Source: Lama glama (lineage: Eukaryota). Taken from it: a DNA stretch of 64,000 bases. The position numbers and the translations under genes are program-made. The stretch is taken from contig CM052818.1 of the NCBI GenBank assembly GCA_028534125.1, positions 38,442,001-38,506,000 of the forward strand. Direction: 5' to 3'. The first letter of the stretch is position 1; the number at the start of each line of letters is the position of its first letter. Below the pieces are notes generated by a model that saw nothing but the letters and a program-made list of their open reading frames with translations, made no database searches and was not told the DNA's origin. Below are positions 46,521 to 60,513 of this stretch, piece after piece.

Positions 46521-46949
46521 ATGCATTTATACTATTTTATATCACATTCAACGTAATTATGAAAAATATATGTGTTTTTCCTTGGAAAGATCTGTCAGAA
46601 ATCTAGATTCGTGTCTATATATAACTGTCAGTAGCAAGCAGGTGTATGGACCATATTCCCCTTAGGAATTCACCTGGATTTCTATAGCCATCCTTAAAAG
46701 AGTAGTTCTCACTGGGATGAGAATGGTGGGGAAGAACACCTCCTGATGGTCGTATCAGAACAGCCAGGCTGAGTTTTTTCTAATACTGATAAGGCCTAGC
46801 TCCCTGCTTCACCCCAAAGATTCCCTTATGATGCCTCCCCACCTTAAAAACCATTCCAGGAGGAGCCACTGTGATTAAAGAGAGTGTTGTAACCCTCGGG
46901 AGCGTTGGGTAAAAGCTCTTGATTCCAGGAGATTGGATCGTTCAGGTTT

Positions 46950-48080
46950 ACCAGCCTCTGCCTCACTTTATTACTGTCATCTACCGACTTCCCAGGGACT
47001 CCTTCTTGTGAACTGACACTGTAGGCCCTGGGTCCCCTTTCTACCCCAGTTACTGTCGTAATTCTGAGTGATATCAAGGGCATGCGGATGGACCATCCAA
47101 AAACATAAACTTAGACTTTCATACTTGCAGTGGGTTTCACTTCTGCTCTACCTTAGGCAAGTCACACCTAGAATCCTGTCATCACCAAGAAACAGATCAC
47201 ACCAGAAATCCTGAACTCCATTATTCCACCAAGTCTCAGCATCTTAGCCTTCCCAGTCTCTTGTGCCTTCACTCCCCCTGGACCTACTTTCAACTTCGGA
47301 AGGACCTCCAGTTCTTTACCCCATAATTTTTTGCAGTCTGTGAGGAATCTCTAAGCCTTCCTTGCCACCCTAGACTGTTACAACGTGATTGGTTGTCTTA
47401 ATTATGGCTTACCAGTATCTTTGACACTTTTTTGTTAGCATACCTATACCACAGCAGCACCTGGACCGTAACTCTCCGGCCCAGGATCAATACAACATTA
47501 CTGATGACTGTTCATATTCTTGTGCACACGTGACTAAATGCAGCTAGAGAAACCTTACAAATAGACCTGACAACCCACTTCCGTAATTCAGCCCTCAGTT
47601 GGTCGCTTAACCGTATCTCTTAACCATTTTGTCTGCCCTTGGTCAAGTTGCTTTCAACCTCCTGAACGATTCTTCTGAACCTTCACTGTCCTCCCCGAAA
47701 TCCCTCCTCTCAGGAGATCACCTGGGCTCTTATGTCACAGAGAAACTGAAATCATCAGGCATTCTCTGTATCAGTATCTTGCTTTTATTCCGCACTTTTA
47801 ATGTATGTTCCAGCCCACATTCTCATTCATATCTGTACCTTTGACTCCTTTCCCAAAGTCTAAGAAAACGAGGTCAACCTCGATGTATCTCAAACCCTGG
47901 GCCTACACTTAACCCACCCACTTCTGACCCCTTTGACACTTTATCTCCTTCTTTTCTCAAATAAACTCTTCCTAATTGTTCCTTCTCTTTAGCCTGTAAA
48001 CATGCTCATGTCTGACCCCATGACTCATTCTAGATACTGTTTATCATCACCATCCTACTAAGAGTGTGCTTTCTTAGTAT
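46950..48080 (+). mobile_element. Probable decayed L2 internal region
   Basis: Pyrimidine-rich L2-like segments (ggcaagtcacacctagaatcctgtcatcacc; ttccttctcttttagcctgtaaacatgctca). Confidence 0.5.
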
Positions 48081-48169
48081 AACAATGGTTCTAATTGATA
48101 AATCTTGTAGACATTTTTTAATTCCAGTTTCACTAGACCATAGAAAAGTTTTAACTGACCATCCTAAAA

Positions 48170-49960
48170 GAAGCATTCCAAAATCATAATAACTAATAAA
48201 CAAAGTCAGCAAGGGTGCAGGATATGAAGTCTGCATACAAAACTTAATTATTTCATATTTATCCTAGCAATAAACAATCCAAAAAGAAATTTAGAAAAAA
48301 AATTCCAATTATAATAGTATTAAAAGAGCAGAATATTCAGGAATAAACTTAACAAAAGAAGTGTAATATTTGTACACGTAAAATTACAAATTATTGAAAG
48401 AAATTAAAGAAGACCTGCATAAATGGAAAGACATACCATATTTAAGAATTGGAAGTTTGGGAGTTTGAGATTTGAGTTTGATTTGATAGATAAAAGTAGA
48501 TTTTTAAAATTTTCTTCTTTATAGCACAGGGAACTATATTCAATATCTTGTAATGACCTTTAATGGAAAAGAATATGAAAACAAATATATGTCTGTATAT
48601 GCATGCCTGGGACATTGTGCTGGACACCAGAAATCGACACATGTATGTAACTGACTATACTTCAATTAAAAAAAAAAAAGAATTGGAAGACTTACTATTG
48701 TTAAGATAGAAAAACTTTTCAAATTAATCTAAAGATTCAGTACAATCCCTTTCAAAATCCCAGCTGGCTGCTTTGTACATCATGGCAAGGTGATCCTAAA
48801 ATTCATATGGAAATGCAGGAGAACCACAATAGCCAAAACAGTCTTGAAAAAGAATAATGGATTTGGGGGACTCACACTTCCCAATTTCAAAACTTACTGC
48901 AAAGCTACTGTAAACAAGAGAGTGCCATATTGGCATAAAAGTAGACGTATGGATCAATTGAGAATGGAGTTGAAAGTCCAGAAATGAACTCCCACATTTA
49001 TGGTCAAGTGATTTTTTGTTGAGGATGCCAAAAGATTCAATGAGGAAAGAATAGTCTTTTCAGCAAATGGTGCTGGCATAACTGCATATCCAAATGTATA
49101 AAATGAAACTGAATCTTTAGATTTTGGCCCTACATGTAAAGCACTCACTCTAACAAGGAAAAAAAAAAACAAAGAGACTGAAAATCTGTGACTTTTCTTG
49201 GACTCATGAAACTGAGGCTGCAGGGCAAACAGCCACCCCAAAATCTGGACAGATAGGAGAATCCGGAAAGATCTGCTTACCTGGAGCGGAAGTCACTGGA
49301 GCCAGACATTGACAGGAACACTTACGCAGTAATTTTGATAAATTGCTGGAGCTGAGTGTGGATGAGTATGAGAGTGAGAGACTCCTGGAGTCTGTGATCT
49401 TAGGGGTCGCCCATACTTCTGTGGACTTCACCTCCAGGAAACCCACCAGGTTCTCACAGTGAAGAACCAGGAATGTTAACCTCATTGCTCTGACAGGTTG
49501 TGGAGAAGTGTTCCTACTTTGAAATAAATCCAGAGTGTCCTCCATAACCAAACCTGCTCTCCAAGGCAAAGATATTACCAGAGCCTTATCCCACTTGAGA
49601 GAAGCACACTGCCCTGCCTCCAGCCACCCCCTCTCCCATTGCCTTTGCTATTTTACCTAACTGGGAGGGATCTAGGAAACACTGCGAAGGTCACATTCCA
49701 GGGAGCCAAGGACACTAGAACATTGAGATTTAACCATTAAAGTATAGAGTGCTTTCCCTCCCAGACACCTTACCACCTCTCCAACAGGGCTCTAATATAA
49801 CAGTGGATTATGAAAGGGCTGCAAAATGTAGACTCTAAGGAGGACTTCTCAGAGTATCCTCTGGATGGCAGGGGAGACAAAAATAAAGGCGACTAGAAAA
49901 ATTTGAAGCCTCTGACACCTACAGCTATAGCAAACATTAAACACAGCCCAACTCACATAG
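48170..49960 (+). mobile_element. Old L1 ORF2 fragment plus adjoining L1M 5'-region-like sequence
   Basis: ILKFIWKCRRTTIAKTVLKKNNGFGGLTLPNFKTYCKATV ORF2 remnant (48790-48987). Confidence 0.8.
48456..48677 (+). mobile_element. Young L1 3' end nested in old L1, 12-bp TSD
   Basis: aagaattggaag at 48444-48455 and 48678-48689; poly-A tail; ttt/aa target site. Confidence 0.9.
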
Positions 49961-50520
49961 ACAAGCTTGGCTTCATTTATTTTAGTCATTCATAAATGTA
50001 CTAAGCTTATCATAAACTCTTTTACTAGATGTCTGATTGGTTATTTAGCAAAAGATGACTAACCTCTCTAATACTTTTCCTATTATATAAGTGTTTGTAT
50101 CATTGTATCATTTTATTTCTGCCTATCTTAGTGCTCCAATTTCAGTTGAAGTCCTTTAGGGACAAAGACTGTGTCTTACTTTTCAGTACCTTCGGTGCCT
50201 AACTCGGTGATGGGTGAATGAGTGAATGAATGAATAAATGAATGAACCTGTTTAATACTGTCTTTGGAGTGACAAGGGAGCTCTTGGGGGAAGTACTGCA
50301 ATTCTGGTTATTATCGCTCTGATAGAACTTTCTTGGTCCTGGGCATCCTCTTCCAGGGAAAAAGTGTGTCATGTGGATAATGGTCTAGAGTCAAGAAGTC
50401 TGGTTTCTAGTCCCAAGTGTACCACTAGGTTAACTGTGCAGCCTTGAAGAGCTCAATGATCTGAGCTTTTTACACTTGTGTAAAAAATGTTCCTTTCAGA
50501 TATGTCATTCCAAGATTCTT

Positions 50521-50873
50521 TTTCTCAGCACCTTTATTGTGGGATAGTTCCTGTACGGTAAACCACACACATTTCACATGTACAATTTGATGAATTTTAA
50601 TTGACGTATACACCCGTGAAGCCACCACCACAATCAAGATAGCTGACATTTCCATCACTCCTAAGAGGTGCAATTGTCAAATTCCCAATTTATACCTTCC
50701 CACCATCTTTGCCCCCTGGTAACCATAAGTTTGTTCTCTGTGTCTCTGAGTCTGTTTGTGAGTCTGTTTCTGTTTTGTAGATAAGCTCATTTGTGTCCTT
50801 TTTTTTAGATTCCACATACAAGCAATTTCATATGGCATTTTTGTTTCTCTTTCTGGCTTACTTCACTTAGAAC
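50521..50873 (-). mobile_element. Chimeric L1 retrocopy with 17-bp TSD
   Basis: gtcattccaagattctt at 50504-50520 and 50874-50890. Young-L1 3'UTR sequence is joined near 50670 to an old-L1-type 3' end. Confidence 0.8.
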
Positions 50874-50984
50874 GTCATTCCAAGATTCTTAAAACGAATG
50901 GTCCTTATTAAAATGAGGGGGAAAACCTACCAAAACACACCGTGACTTTAGCAAATGGATATTTCCTTTTTTGTGTCCCATTAA

Positions 50985-51170
50985 CACCTAAGACTTACTG
51001 AACGCCTGCTACGCTGTCTGAAGTGCACCACTTGTATTTACTTATTTATTCCTGTGAAGTAAAATGGTTTCATTTCACGTTCTTACATGAGGCATAGAAA
51101 GGTCGTGTAACTTACGTAGCTGGTGGCAGAACCAATTTCAGATCCAGGCGGTCTGGCTCCCGTAGCTGCA
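50985..51170 (-). mobile_element. MIR fragment
   Basis: cttactgaacgcctgctac..gtagctggtggcagaacca..gatccaggcggtctggctcc. Confidence 0.6.
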
Positions 51171-53020
51171 CTCTTGATCGTGACGTCCCTCCCAGGCACA
51201 AGGGTGGCACCAGCCTTCCCTTCTGCCCTCAGAACCACTGGCCTCTTCTTGTGGCCACATACTTCATTTGAAAGATTAAACTCCTGTCTCCATACAAAGT
51301 GGTAATTCAGAAAGAGGTTGTGAAAGAACAGAATTCCCAGGAGAGCAAAGAGATGTTTGCTAATGACTTCAATTGGGATAAGGGCCTTTGTTTTATTTGA
51401 TGTTACAGATCCTGGATTGAGAAATCAGTGTGTGGATAAGCTTTTGACCTGACTTTTGAGCAGAGTGCCTTTCTTTCCCCCAAACCTTATCAATCGTGAG
51501 GTCGAAAGTTGAGTCTGGTCATTGCAACATCTCCTGTTTTCCTCCTGTTGAGAGGGTTCTGTTTGATTTAATATCGGGAAGGCTTCCTCTACCAGTTCTT
51601 ACATTTGAGCCGGATGTAGGAAGCCGCCTTGACTGACACTGCTTCCTCCCACCCCTTCCCTCAGCTCTGCAGTAAACCAGCTACAAGAAACATATTGAGA
51701 CGATTAGACAGCCTTTTAAAGCTGGGTCAGGAAGAATAAGTAAACAAGGGAACTTTTCCACCATATGAAACATGTACTTTGAGTCCGACAAAGTATACAG
51801 AATAACAAAGTAAAGAGGATTCTAGAACTAACAAAGATGTGACCAACGCTCAGTATTGCTGAGCCTTCTTCTTGCCGTTCCAGCTATGTTCTCCTCGCAG
51901 TCTTTTTTCCATTCTTACCTTCCTTTTTCTCCCCTCAACTCTTCTCTCCCCCTTTCCTTTTCTTTCCAGGTACCCCCAGGACTGTTATTGTCACATTTCC
52001 TGCTCCTAAGTCATTGAGAAAAAGAGCCTTCTAGAGCACATAATGAAAAACCATGAATACCCACCTATGTATAGCATACAGTCATACTATTATTTTTTTC
52101 ATCCATATACTCCTTCATTCATCCATTCACTGAACAGATGATTAGTTAGTGCCTGTTCAGTATTAACAGTCCCTATGCTGCCTCCCCCATACACATGTGC
52201 ATATACCTTGGGACATTGGATTTAGCTGGAGAGGCCCAAAGTAACAGAAATTGGGGCATATCTTGATAGTTTACCACTGATCATGGATTCAAGGTCCAGT
52301 AGAAGCCAGGCCTACAAATCACAGCCTGAGGGAAACTAGCTGTTTGGGGAAACTAGCAGAAACAAAGGCTGTCCTGTTGGATGCTTTTATTGGCCTTTCT
52401 GGACCTTTGTCTTTGAGCTCTGGGAAAAGCTCAAGGACACGTAGGAGCCAGACAGTGTGCCTCTCTCATCTCCTGCGATCTGTTCACCGAAAAAGCCCTA
52501 CAAGCCTGGGAAATTTTCCAGTGCCAACCCTCTGACCAGTGGCCCATGGAGTATCATAGAAGCTACATGAAGCAAGACATTAGATAAGGTTTGGGCACAG
52601 AAATGTCCGGAACACAATGTCAAAACCAGAACGTGGCTTTGGACCAGCCTTATTATAACTCCTTTCGGTTTATCACTGAGCACCTCCAGGTACCCAGCAT
52701 GGTGGTAGGTACATTTCTGGTCCTTTGGGCACTTACAGCCAAGGTGGGGAGGCTAGCCAGGCACAAATCAGATCATGAATGCAGCAGGATAAAGTGAAAA
52801 TCGCCCTCAACTTGGAATCTTAAGACTGGCTGTGGCTCGAAATTTCACCGCTTGTTATCTGTGAAAGACAGTGAAACCTAGTTAAGAAATGTTGTAAAGA
52901 TTTCTTCCAATATTTGTAAATTATGTATGGGTAGAAAAGATTTTATGGTTTTTAGAAAAGATTGCAAAGCAGATAGGATTCCTTGTCAGGTTTAATATAA
53001 TCCCTTGAGGTAAGCTAAGC

Positions 53021-53290
53021 CAGTGCTTTGCAAACAACAAGTTGCCTCTCATTGGTGGATCATGAGATCAAGTTAATGGGTGGTGACCAGGGTTTTTTCT
53101 TTTTTCTTTTTTTTTTTTTTTAATGAAATGGAACAGAATAGAAAAAGTCAGAGTGTATCCCATGTAGTAAGGGTAAGGGTAAGTTTTGTTTCAGGTAAGC
53201 AACTCTAATGTGTGTATGTATGTGTGTATACTGTGTTGTAATGGGAAAGTAATTTCTTTGGGTCAGTTTGAATATGTTTGAAAAATGGTG
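53021..53290 (+). mobile_element. MER112-like hAT-Charlie element
   Basis: cagtgctttgcaaac..cattggtggatcatgagatcaa..aatagaaaaagtcagagtg..gtagtaagggtaag. Confidence 0.75.
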
Positions 53291-54161
53291 AGGAGACGGC
53301 GTGTCCTCTCCACTCCAGAATTTCTAAAACCATCTGGACTCAGCCTTGTTAGTTCTTTAATAATTCAGTACTTAGATTCTTCAATCACTCAGTCCAGTAT
53401 CTCTTGCTTTCTACACTTGCTCAGCACCATGGAGCAATGCCTATAGACATCTTGCTCTCAAGGACCTAACCAGGAAAGGAGAATGACCAAAAGCAACTAC
53501 AGAATATTGAGAACATTTAAATGCCACATCAGGTAATAATGGCTCTTCAGTAACAAAATAATGTCACAGAGGGGTGTGGAACTGAAATATTAGAGAAGAT
53601 TTCCAGTAAGTGCATTGAGAGGAAACCCCAGAGACAGGGGCTTGCACTTAGGGGAGCCGACTTGTCCGTCTCCTGTGCCCAGGAGTTCCTGCTGCCTGGC
53701 TGACCCCAGCTATCAGCTCTCAACAAGCATAGCCCAGATTTCTCTCCCTTGGATCATCATCCTTCATCCCTGACCCTGGCCAGTCACAGTGCACAATACG
53801 GATATGCCAGGAAAGGGCAAGAGACAGGCAGCTGAGCAACCTATAATCTGAGACTTGTCACATGTGTATTCTTGAGCTGCTGCATTGAAGTGAACCTTTG
53901 CCACCGGGGTGTTCTCAGAGAAACGATCTCTGCACTGAGGAGCTATCAGTGACACATCCTGCCCTGCGCGACTTGGTGTGGCTGCAGTATTAAGGCACTG
54001 CTGAGGCACAGTGGGTCTCTGGGCCAGTGTGGAAGGCTCTGGATCAGGAGTTAAAGTCGTGTCACAGGGTCACGTGGACTTTCGGAAGTTTGTCCTCGAA
54101 ACATCCCTGGAAGCATGGATTGAGCCCACAGCTTTGGGACCTCCTTCTCTGTCCCCTGCTC

Positions 54162-54164
<3 letters not shown>

Positions 54165-54244
<80 letters not shown>

Positions 54245-54269
54245 ACATACACACACACACACACACACA
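54165..54269. repeat. Compound (TC)n(CA)n microsatellite
   Basis: Direct reading. Confidence 0.97.
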
Positions 54270-57269
54270 GCAACATTCCTCCCCTCACCCTGAGGGAGAC
54301 CTGATTCTAATGCTGCAGCATGGACTATATTTGAAGCCATTTCCTGCATTCTTTCTGTAGCACAAATTCCCCTGTCAAGACAACCGGTTCTGGACCCATG
54401 ACTCAGCACACGCATTGTCTGGCTCACTCCAGTACTTCTTGATGACACCGGAGCAATTAACTATGCTATTTATTGAAGGACAGTGATAGCCTAGCATCTA
54501 ATCTCACGGGCCAAAGAACCAAAAGCAGGGTTAGCCTGACGGCAGCGACCTCACTCGTGACTTGCCCAGTGTGGTCAGGCTGGGGCTGTTGTTGCTGGCG
54601 TCTGGTTTCACCCCCACCCAGCACTCACAGTGCTGCCCAACCTCCCCAGTCTTCGTGGACTCCTCCCCCCTGAGTGCACAGATGAGAGGCAGTGACCAGA
54701 AGGCACTAGACCTCTGGAGATGGCAGACCCTGGTGCCTTCTCAGTTTCTCAGAGGGTTCCTCCTGGTGCTCTGGAGCGCCCTGTGAATGCGGGTAAATTA
54801 TTTATTCCCAAGGAATCTGAAAACCTACTTCAGGCCACTCCCTGCACTAGGAAGTTTAAAGACACAGAGATGAACAAAGTATGAACCTGGTCCTTCACAG
54901 GGACTTTAGTTAAGCTGTCACAGGAAGCAGCTTAACTAAGGAGTTGCTGGGATCCATGGATGGGTTTCAGGGGCTTCACCTCTTGAAGTTCTGTGCAAAA
55001 TTTGCTGGGCATTTGTAGATACTTAGAAGCTACTAGCTCTTATCAGATCATCAGAGGGCAGATTTCTGTGGCCCCCAGAATTTTAAGTACAATTTGTTTT
55101 CTCAACTATAGATTTTATGTATTCTCACACTGGGAAGAGTAGTCCTATAACCCTGGATAAAAAGAGGAGTGAAGGCCTTTTGAGTAACAGAAGCTGGCTT
55201 CTGTCTGACTTACTGTCCCAGTAGCTACTGAGTAAGTGGTCAGTTAACAGATTCTAGCAGGTAGGGCCTTACTGCCTCGGTGGGATGTGTACCCTGGGGA
55301 AGATCAGCTAGAAGTGCTCTGACCCTCATTTCCTTAAAATGCGGTGTCGTATGTCACTAACCCCTGTACTGTTCATGCAAGCATTCGTTTCTGTCCCTCT
55401 GTAGCAGCTTGTTCAAAAACAAGTAAATTGGAGGTAGCCACATTGTTGTGCAATGCAGCCAGTCCCACTGTCTGTGCCATTAGTGTGAAGGGTGCAGATC
55501 GCCCCCAGGGGATTCTGTCCCTCCGATTGCTGCTGTTGAAAACATGGAGAGAAAAAACTGTGTTGGCTCTGCCGTATCCAGCCAGGCCGGGATGTTTCCC
55601 GTTGCGCTGGCTCACTGCAATTCAGAGTCCCGTTTGTCTGAGTGTTATGTGATCACATTGTATATGTACAATCTGATTTTTTTAAATTTGTATTTAAGCA
55701 AGTCTAAAATTCGTTCTTTGAAATTGGGATGTTTCTCTTCTCTTTTGTTGTGGGAGAGGCATTCTTTTCTTTAGTGCTGAAGATCAGAGAAAAAAGTTTA
55801 CCTGATGTCCTCTGAATTACTAAGTAACTTTTGCACAGGTGTGTAATCTGATTCAAAGTGTTTTTATCAGAAGATTAACTGTGGCCTAATTTCACAGCTT
55901 GCAGCTTTCCTGAGTTCGAGGAAGGTTAATTCCATGCCTACATTGGGATTGCTTCTTTCTCTTTGTATGAAAATACCTGATTATTTAAGTATTAAGCGCC
56001 TTGCAGATAATTAATACCAGCAAAATTTATTTGTTCACTTGAAAAAGCAGTGACCTGACAACAAGTGAAAAATTCAGGCTGTAGAAAATGTAAGTTGTCC
56101 TCTAGTCATTCTTCCCAATATTCTAGATCGATAACTATCTCTGTCATAACTGACTCATTACTGGTGGAATAATGAAAAGTAGGGAAGGTTAACAATACTG
56201 TGTGACTCTGGTTATGTAGTGTTGATTTTGGAGAGTTGTGTAAAGTTGTATAAAAGAAGCTGTGGTTGGCTGCTAAAATAATAGAAAATAAAATCAGAGA
56301 GCTTTATAACCAGTGAAAATCTAACATGACAATTTAAAAATATCCGTTTAGTTTATGATGCTGCATTTCAAACACACATTTAGATGATAATGGGAGACAT
56401 GATTAAAGTTGGCCCAGTGACATTTTTCAGATAGCGGAGAAATGAGAAATACATTCTTCTCTTCACAGCTTTATGTTTCACTGGTGTGAATTGATGTGTT
56501 CTTGTGCTGAAGAAGTGAGCCAGTGGTCCGTGTACTGGAGCATTTATATTTCCAATTCCAAACTACTTCATTTTTCTAAAGCCCAAGGAATTTTACTGCA
56601 GTGAAAATTATACCTCATTACTGAATCATAAAAAAAAAGAATTAAAAAGTAGGCTCTGTTCTTTTGCTCAGAGTAGAAGAATGTTTTATAAAGTGTAGAG
56701 CTAGACAACATTTCCCATGACACAGAGGAGGAACCTTGTTGAAGTCTGACCAAGTAGACAGCAGAAATGGCTAAAAACCATCTATTGCACTAAAACAATG
56801 TGGATTTTTTTCCCTTCTTTATTCACTAAATGTTTTGAGGTTTGTGAATAAAGTGTGTGTGTGCATATGTACAAAAACAGAACTTTTGCAAACAATTCTG
56901 CAACAGAATTTATCTTGGCTAATCGTTTAAAATGCATGCCAGATAAAAAGAAACTACACTCTTGAAATACCAGTGTCCTGTTTCAATCCAGCTGTGCATC
57001 TAGGAAGGACTCCTGTTGACACTGTGCTTTAATTCAAATAGTTATCTTTCCATGGAACAATGAAGGTAAATCATTGGAGGTAAAACAGTCTTATTTGTCA
57101 CATCTTGTTGGAAACTGAGGCTTGGGAAGGAAATGAACTGTGAATGCCAGTTGAGAGCTAGGTTTTGAATTTCTATCAGTCAAGACATGTGATTAAGTAT
57201 TTGCCACCAAAGGCTATGAAGATGCCCACACTTAAGATACAGAGGATAAAAAAGGTATGTTCAACAAAG

Positions 57270-58520
57270 TCATTCATTCAACAAATATGTCATGTTTGAG
57301 ATGTTTGTGGGACATCCGAGTGGAGAGATTTTGGTATGCCTGGCATTAAGATGACAAAAATGAAATGGCAGGACGTCTGCCCTTAAAATGCTCAGAGCAA
57401 TGATGAGATGGGAGGCCAAATGGACAATTACAATACAGTCAGATAGTACTATAATGGGAATACATACAAAGCACACAGGTAGCTTTAAGAGCAGCAACTA
57501 AATTTGTTGAGGATGTCAGGGAAGGCTACAGAGAGGATTTTAAGTTTGTCAGACTGATGGGAGGAGAGCATTTCTGGCAGAGAGAATGGAATCTTCAAGG
57601 ACTCAGAGAAATGAAAGACTTTGAAGTATTCAGGGAACTATACAATGAATTGCGTGGCTGTAGCTGGGGTGCAAGAAGGCTCTTGCAGTAATACAGGAGA
57701 GACATGTCCAGATCAGTGGCAGTAGAGAATGGGAGGAGAAACAAGTAAAGGAGATACTTAGAAAGTAGACTTGACTGGGTTTTGTGATGGACAGGGTGCG
57801 GGAGTGAAAGAAGAAGGCTCTGTGATGACTCCCGGGATCCTGGTTTGGGCACATGGAAGACACCATTTTCTAAAATAGGGAACATATATGACAGATTTAA
57901 ATTCGAGGATGAGTGAGATGATGTATTCAGTTTTGAAAATGTTGTGTTTGAGATGACTGCAGGACCTCCAGTTGGATGGCAGTTATGTATGTGGGTGAGG
58001 ATCTCAAATAAGAAAATTTGGCTGAAAATGTAAGTGAGGAGCCATCAGCATACAGATGGAGGTTGAAGCCGTAGGAGACGTGAGTTTGGAAGTAGCAAGA
58101 ACAGAGCCCAGGAGAAGACTGACATTTAAAGAACAGATAAAGCAATAGTTGTAAATTAGGTTGCAAAGATGCTTTGTGCAGGATGGGAGGAGAACTAGCA
58201 GAATGCAATGACATGAAATTCATCAGGAGAGTAAGACCTCAAGAAAGAGGCAACATGTATCAGTGTCAAAAGTTGAAATAAGGTCTAGCAGAATAAAGAT
58301 TGAGTTGATGACACTTGATGTGTTAAATAAGTTTTGGCACCCTTAATAAAACAGTTCTTATGGGTTTTAGTGGTGGGAGAGGCTCTACACCAGATTACAA
58401 CTCAGCTGAGGAGTGAATGGAAGTGAGAAAATGGAGGTGATGTATACGTGAACTGCATTTTGGAAAAGTTGTAGGAAAATCAAGGAGGAATAGGGAGAGA
58501 TAGTGATTCAGTATTAAAAA
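57270..58520 (-). mobile_element. L2 element
   Basis: cattcattcaacaaatat tail; gagccatcagcatacagatggaggttgaagcc body. Confidence 0.8.
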
Positions 58521-58649
58521 CTTCTTAAAGTTAGCAGGGATTTGATAAGTTTTATATGTGCAAATAACATAGCATGTTTTTATGTACAGTATGAATCATT
58601 TTATATATGCATTCTTGGTTAATTCTCAGAATAATTCTGATATGATAGT

Positions 58650-58875
58650 AATATTTAACATTCATTGAGTGCTTGCTATTTCCCAGTGTAGCATATGGAC
58701 ACTTTACATCTATTACCTCATTTAATCCTCACAAACAACTCTTATGAGGTACACGGTATTATCACCCCCATTTTGCAGATGAGAATATTGAGGGACAGAG
58801 AAATAAAGCATATCTCCAGGCATACAGTTGTAAAACTACAGTCAAAATTGAACCAGAAGCCTAATTTCAGAGTCT
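58650..58875 (-). mobile_element. MIR SINE
   Basis: cctcatttaatcctcacaaacaactcttatgaggt..cccattttgcagatgag. Confidence 0.85.
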
Positions 58876-60409
58876 GTGAAGTAATAAGATAGTTCTTACC
58901 ACCGCTTTAAAAATGGGAAAACTCAGTCTAAGAGGTTCAACAAAGAGGCTGCCTCCTGTTAGGCCGATCAGTGAGTTTCGAAGCAGGGCGCCCACAGGAT
59001 GCCTGATTCCAAAGCATGGAACAACCATATTGCTGATGGAGCAGAGTCTGGAGACAAGAGAGAGAGGGCACAATGCGTGAAATGAGAACCTCCAGAAGCA
59101 GAAGAGGATAACAACACAGGTGAAGCAGTTACTCAGTTATCTGAAACATGTGACCAAATCTAGTACAAAACACAGGATTGGAAAGAAACTCTTCGAGGCC
59201 AACCCTGCTGCTTTCTTAACACACCACAAGCAAAGCCAGACAGGCAAATGTATTGCTTGCCCAGAGCAGGTCAGAGTCCAGGGGCAGGCGGGAAGTGGAA
59301 TGGCAGTAAACTCTCTATCATTCACAGCTTTTTTGGCTATCGCTCAGCACTTGAGACCACCAAGAGCTCTCAGTCCCAACAGAATGGCTTCCTGTCTCCA
59401 CCTGCAAACACCTCCCTGCAGGAGCACCAAGACAATATTTACCCCAGCTTCCTTGCCATAGAACGGATGGTGCTTGATGCAAAAATGGATGTCTCCAGTG
59501 GATTTGTCATTGGCAGCCAGCATCTTATCTTGACTTTACTTCTTGGGAAGCTGGTGAGATCATCCTACTCCTCCTAGACTGTCAGATTCAACTGTTGGGC
59601 TCTTTACCCAGATCCTAAGGAAAGAATAATCTCTTGAACCCTGAATAAGGAGCAAAGAAGAAGAAGCAGCAGGAGCCTTGTATTCTCTTCTACTCACTGT
59701 TATGTGTTCTGATTTTTCAGGAGGGCAAGGACAGTGCTGTATATGTCTTTCCCGTGTGGCTAGCACAGTGCTGCGTTCTCAGTAGGCCCAGGAAAGAACT
59801 GTTGACGAGATGAATAGTAATCGTAAAAAAGAGCATAAAGCTCATACATACAAGATAATCTTGCATTTTGAAGCTGATCTTTTAAAAAAGCTTCACCTTC
59901 AAACCAGAAAACTGATGCTGGGAAAACAAGCACCAGTGGGCCCACAGAAATGAGTAAACAGCTTCAGTCCTTGCCTCCCAGACCTCTCTCACTCCAGGGG
60001 CTTATCACTCCCAGGCCCCTAGGAAGCTTATCATGTGACAACTACAGGAGTTAGTTGGGTAAATTAAATTATCACCTGAAGTTGAATGATGTGTAGCTAA
60101 TTCTTTTCCAGTCCAGGGCCAGGCCAGGAAGGTGGGAGGTGGATAAGAGTGAGATGGCAGAAATTAGCAAATTATTTCATTTAACTCAGTGCGTCTCTAG
60201 TTTCTTCAAGACACATTACTGACGGGTGAAATGAATAAACATACATCTGTACATTCACTGTTAGCTAATAATGTGTGTGTTCCCACCAGAGAAAGATAAA
60301 TTTGCTTCTTGCATCTGGTTGGCCATCATAGACAATATTTGGTCTTTTTTCTTTTTTTTTAGTGACTCTGGTGAGTTTTTTAGATTTTTTTTAGTTCTCA
60401 TTTTTTTTA

Positions 60410-60513
60410 ATTAGGTGTATTTTTTTATGTTTTTAATGGAGGTCCTGGGGGTTGAACCTAGGACTTCATGCATGCTAAGCACAGGCTCTACCACTGAGCT
60501 GTATCCTTCCCCC
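60410..60513 (-). mobile_element. tRNA-derived camelid SINE (vic-1-like)
   Basis: gggggttgaacctaggac..catgctaagcacaggctctaccactgagct. Confidence 0.85.

Noticed and set aside
54011..54448. HT/CV/ER-repeat ORFs
   Set aside because: Translations of the (TC)n(CA)n microsatellite.
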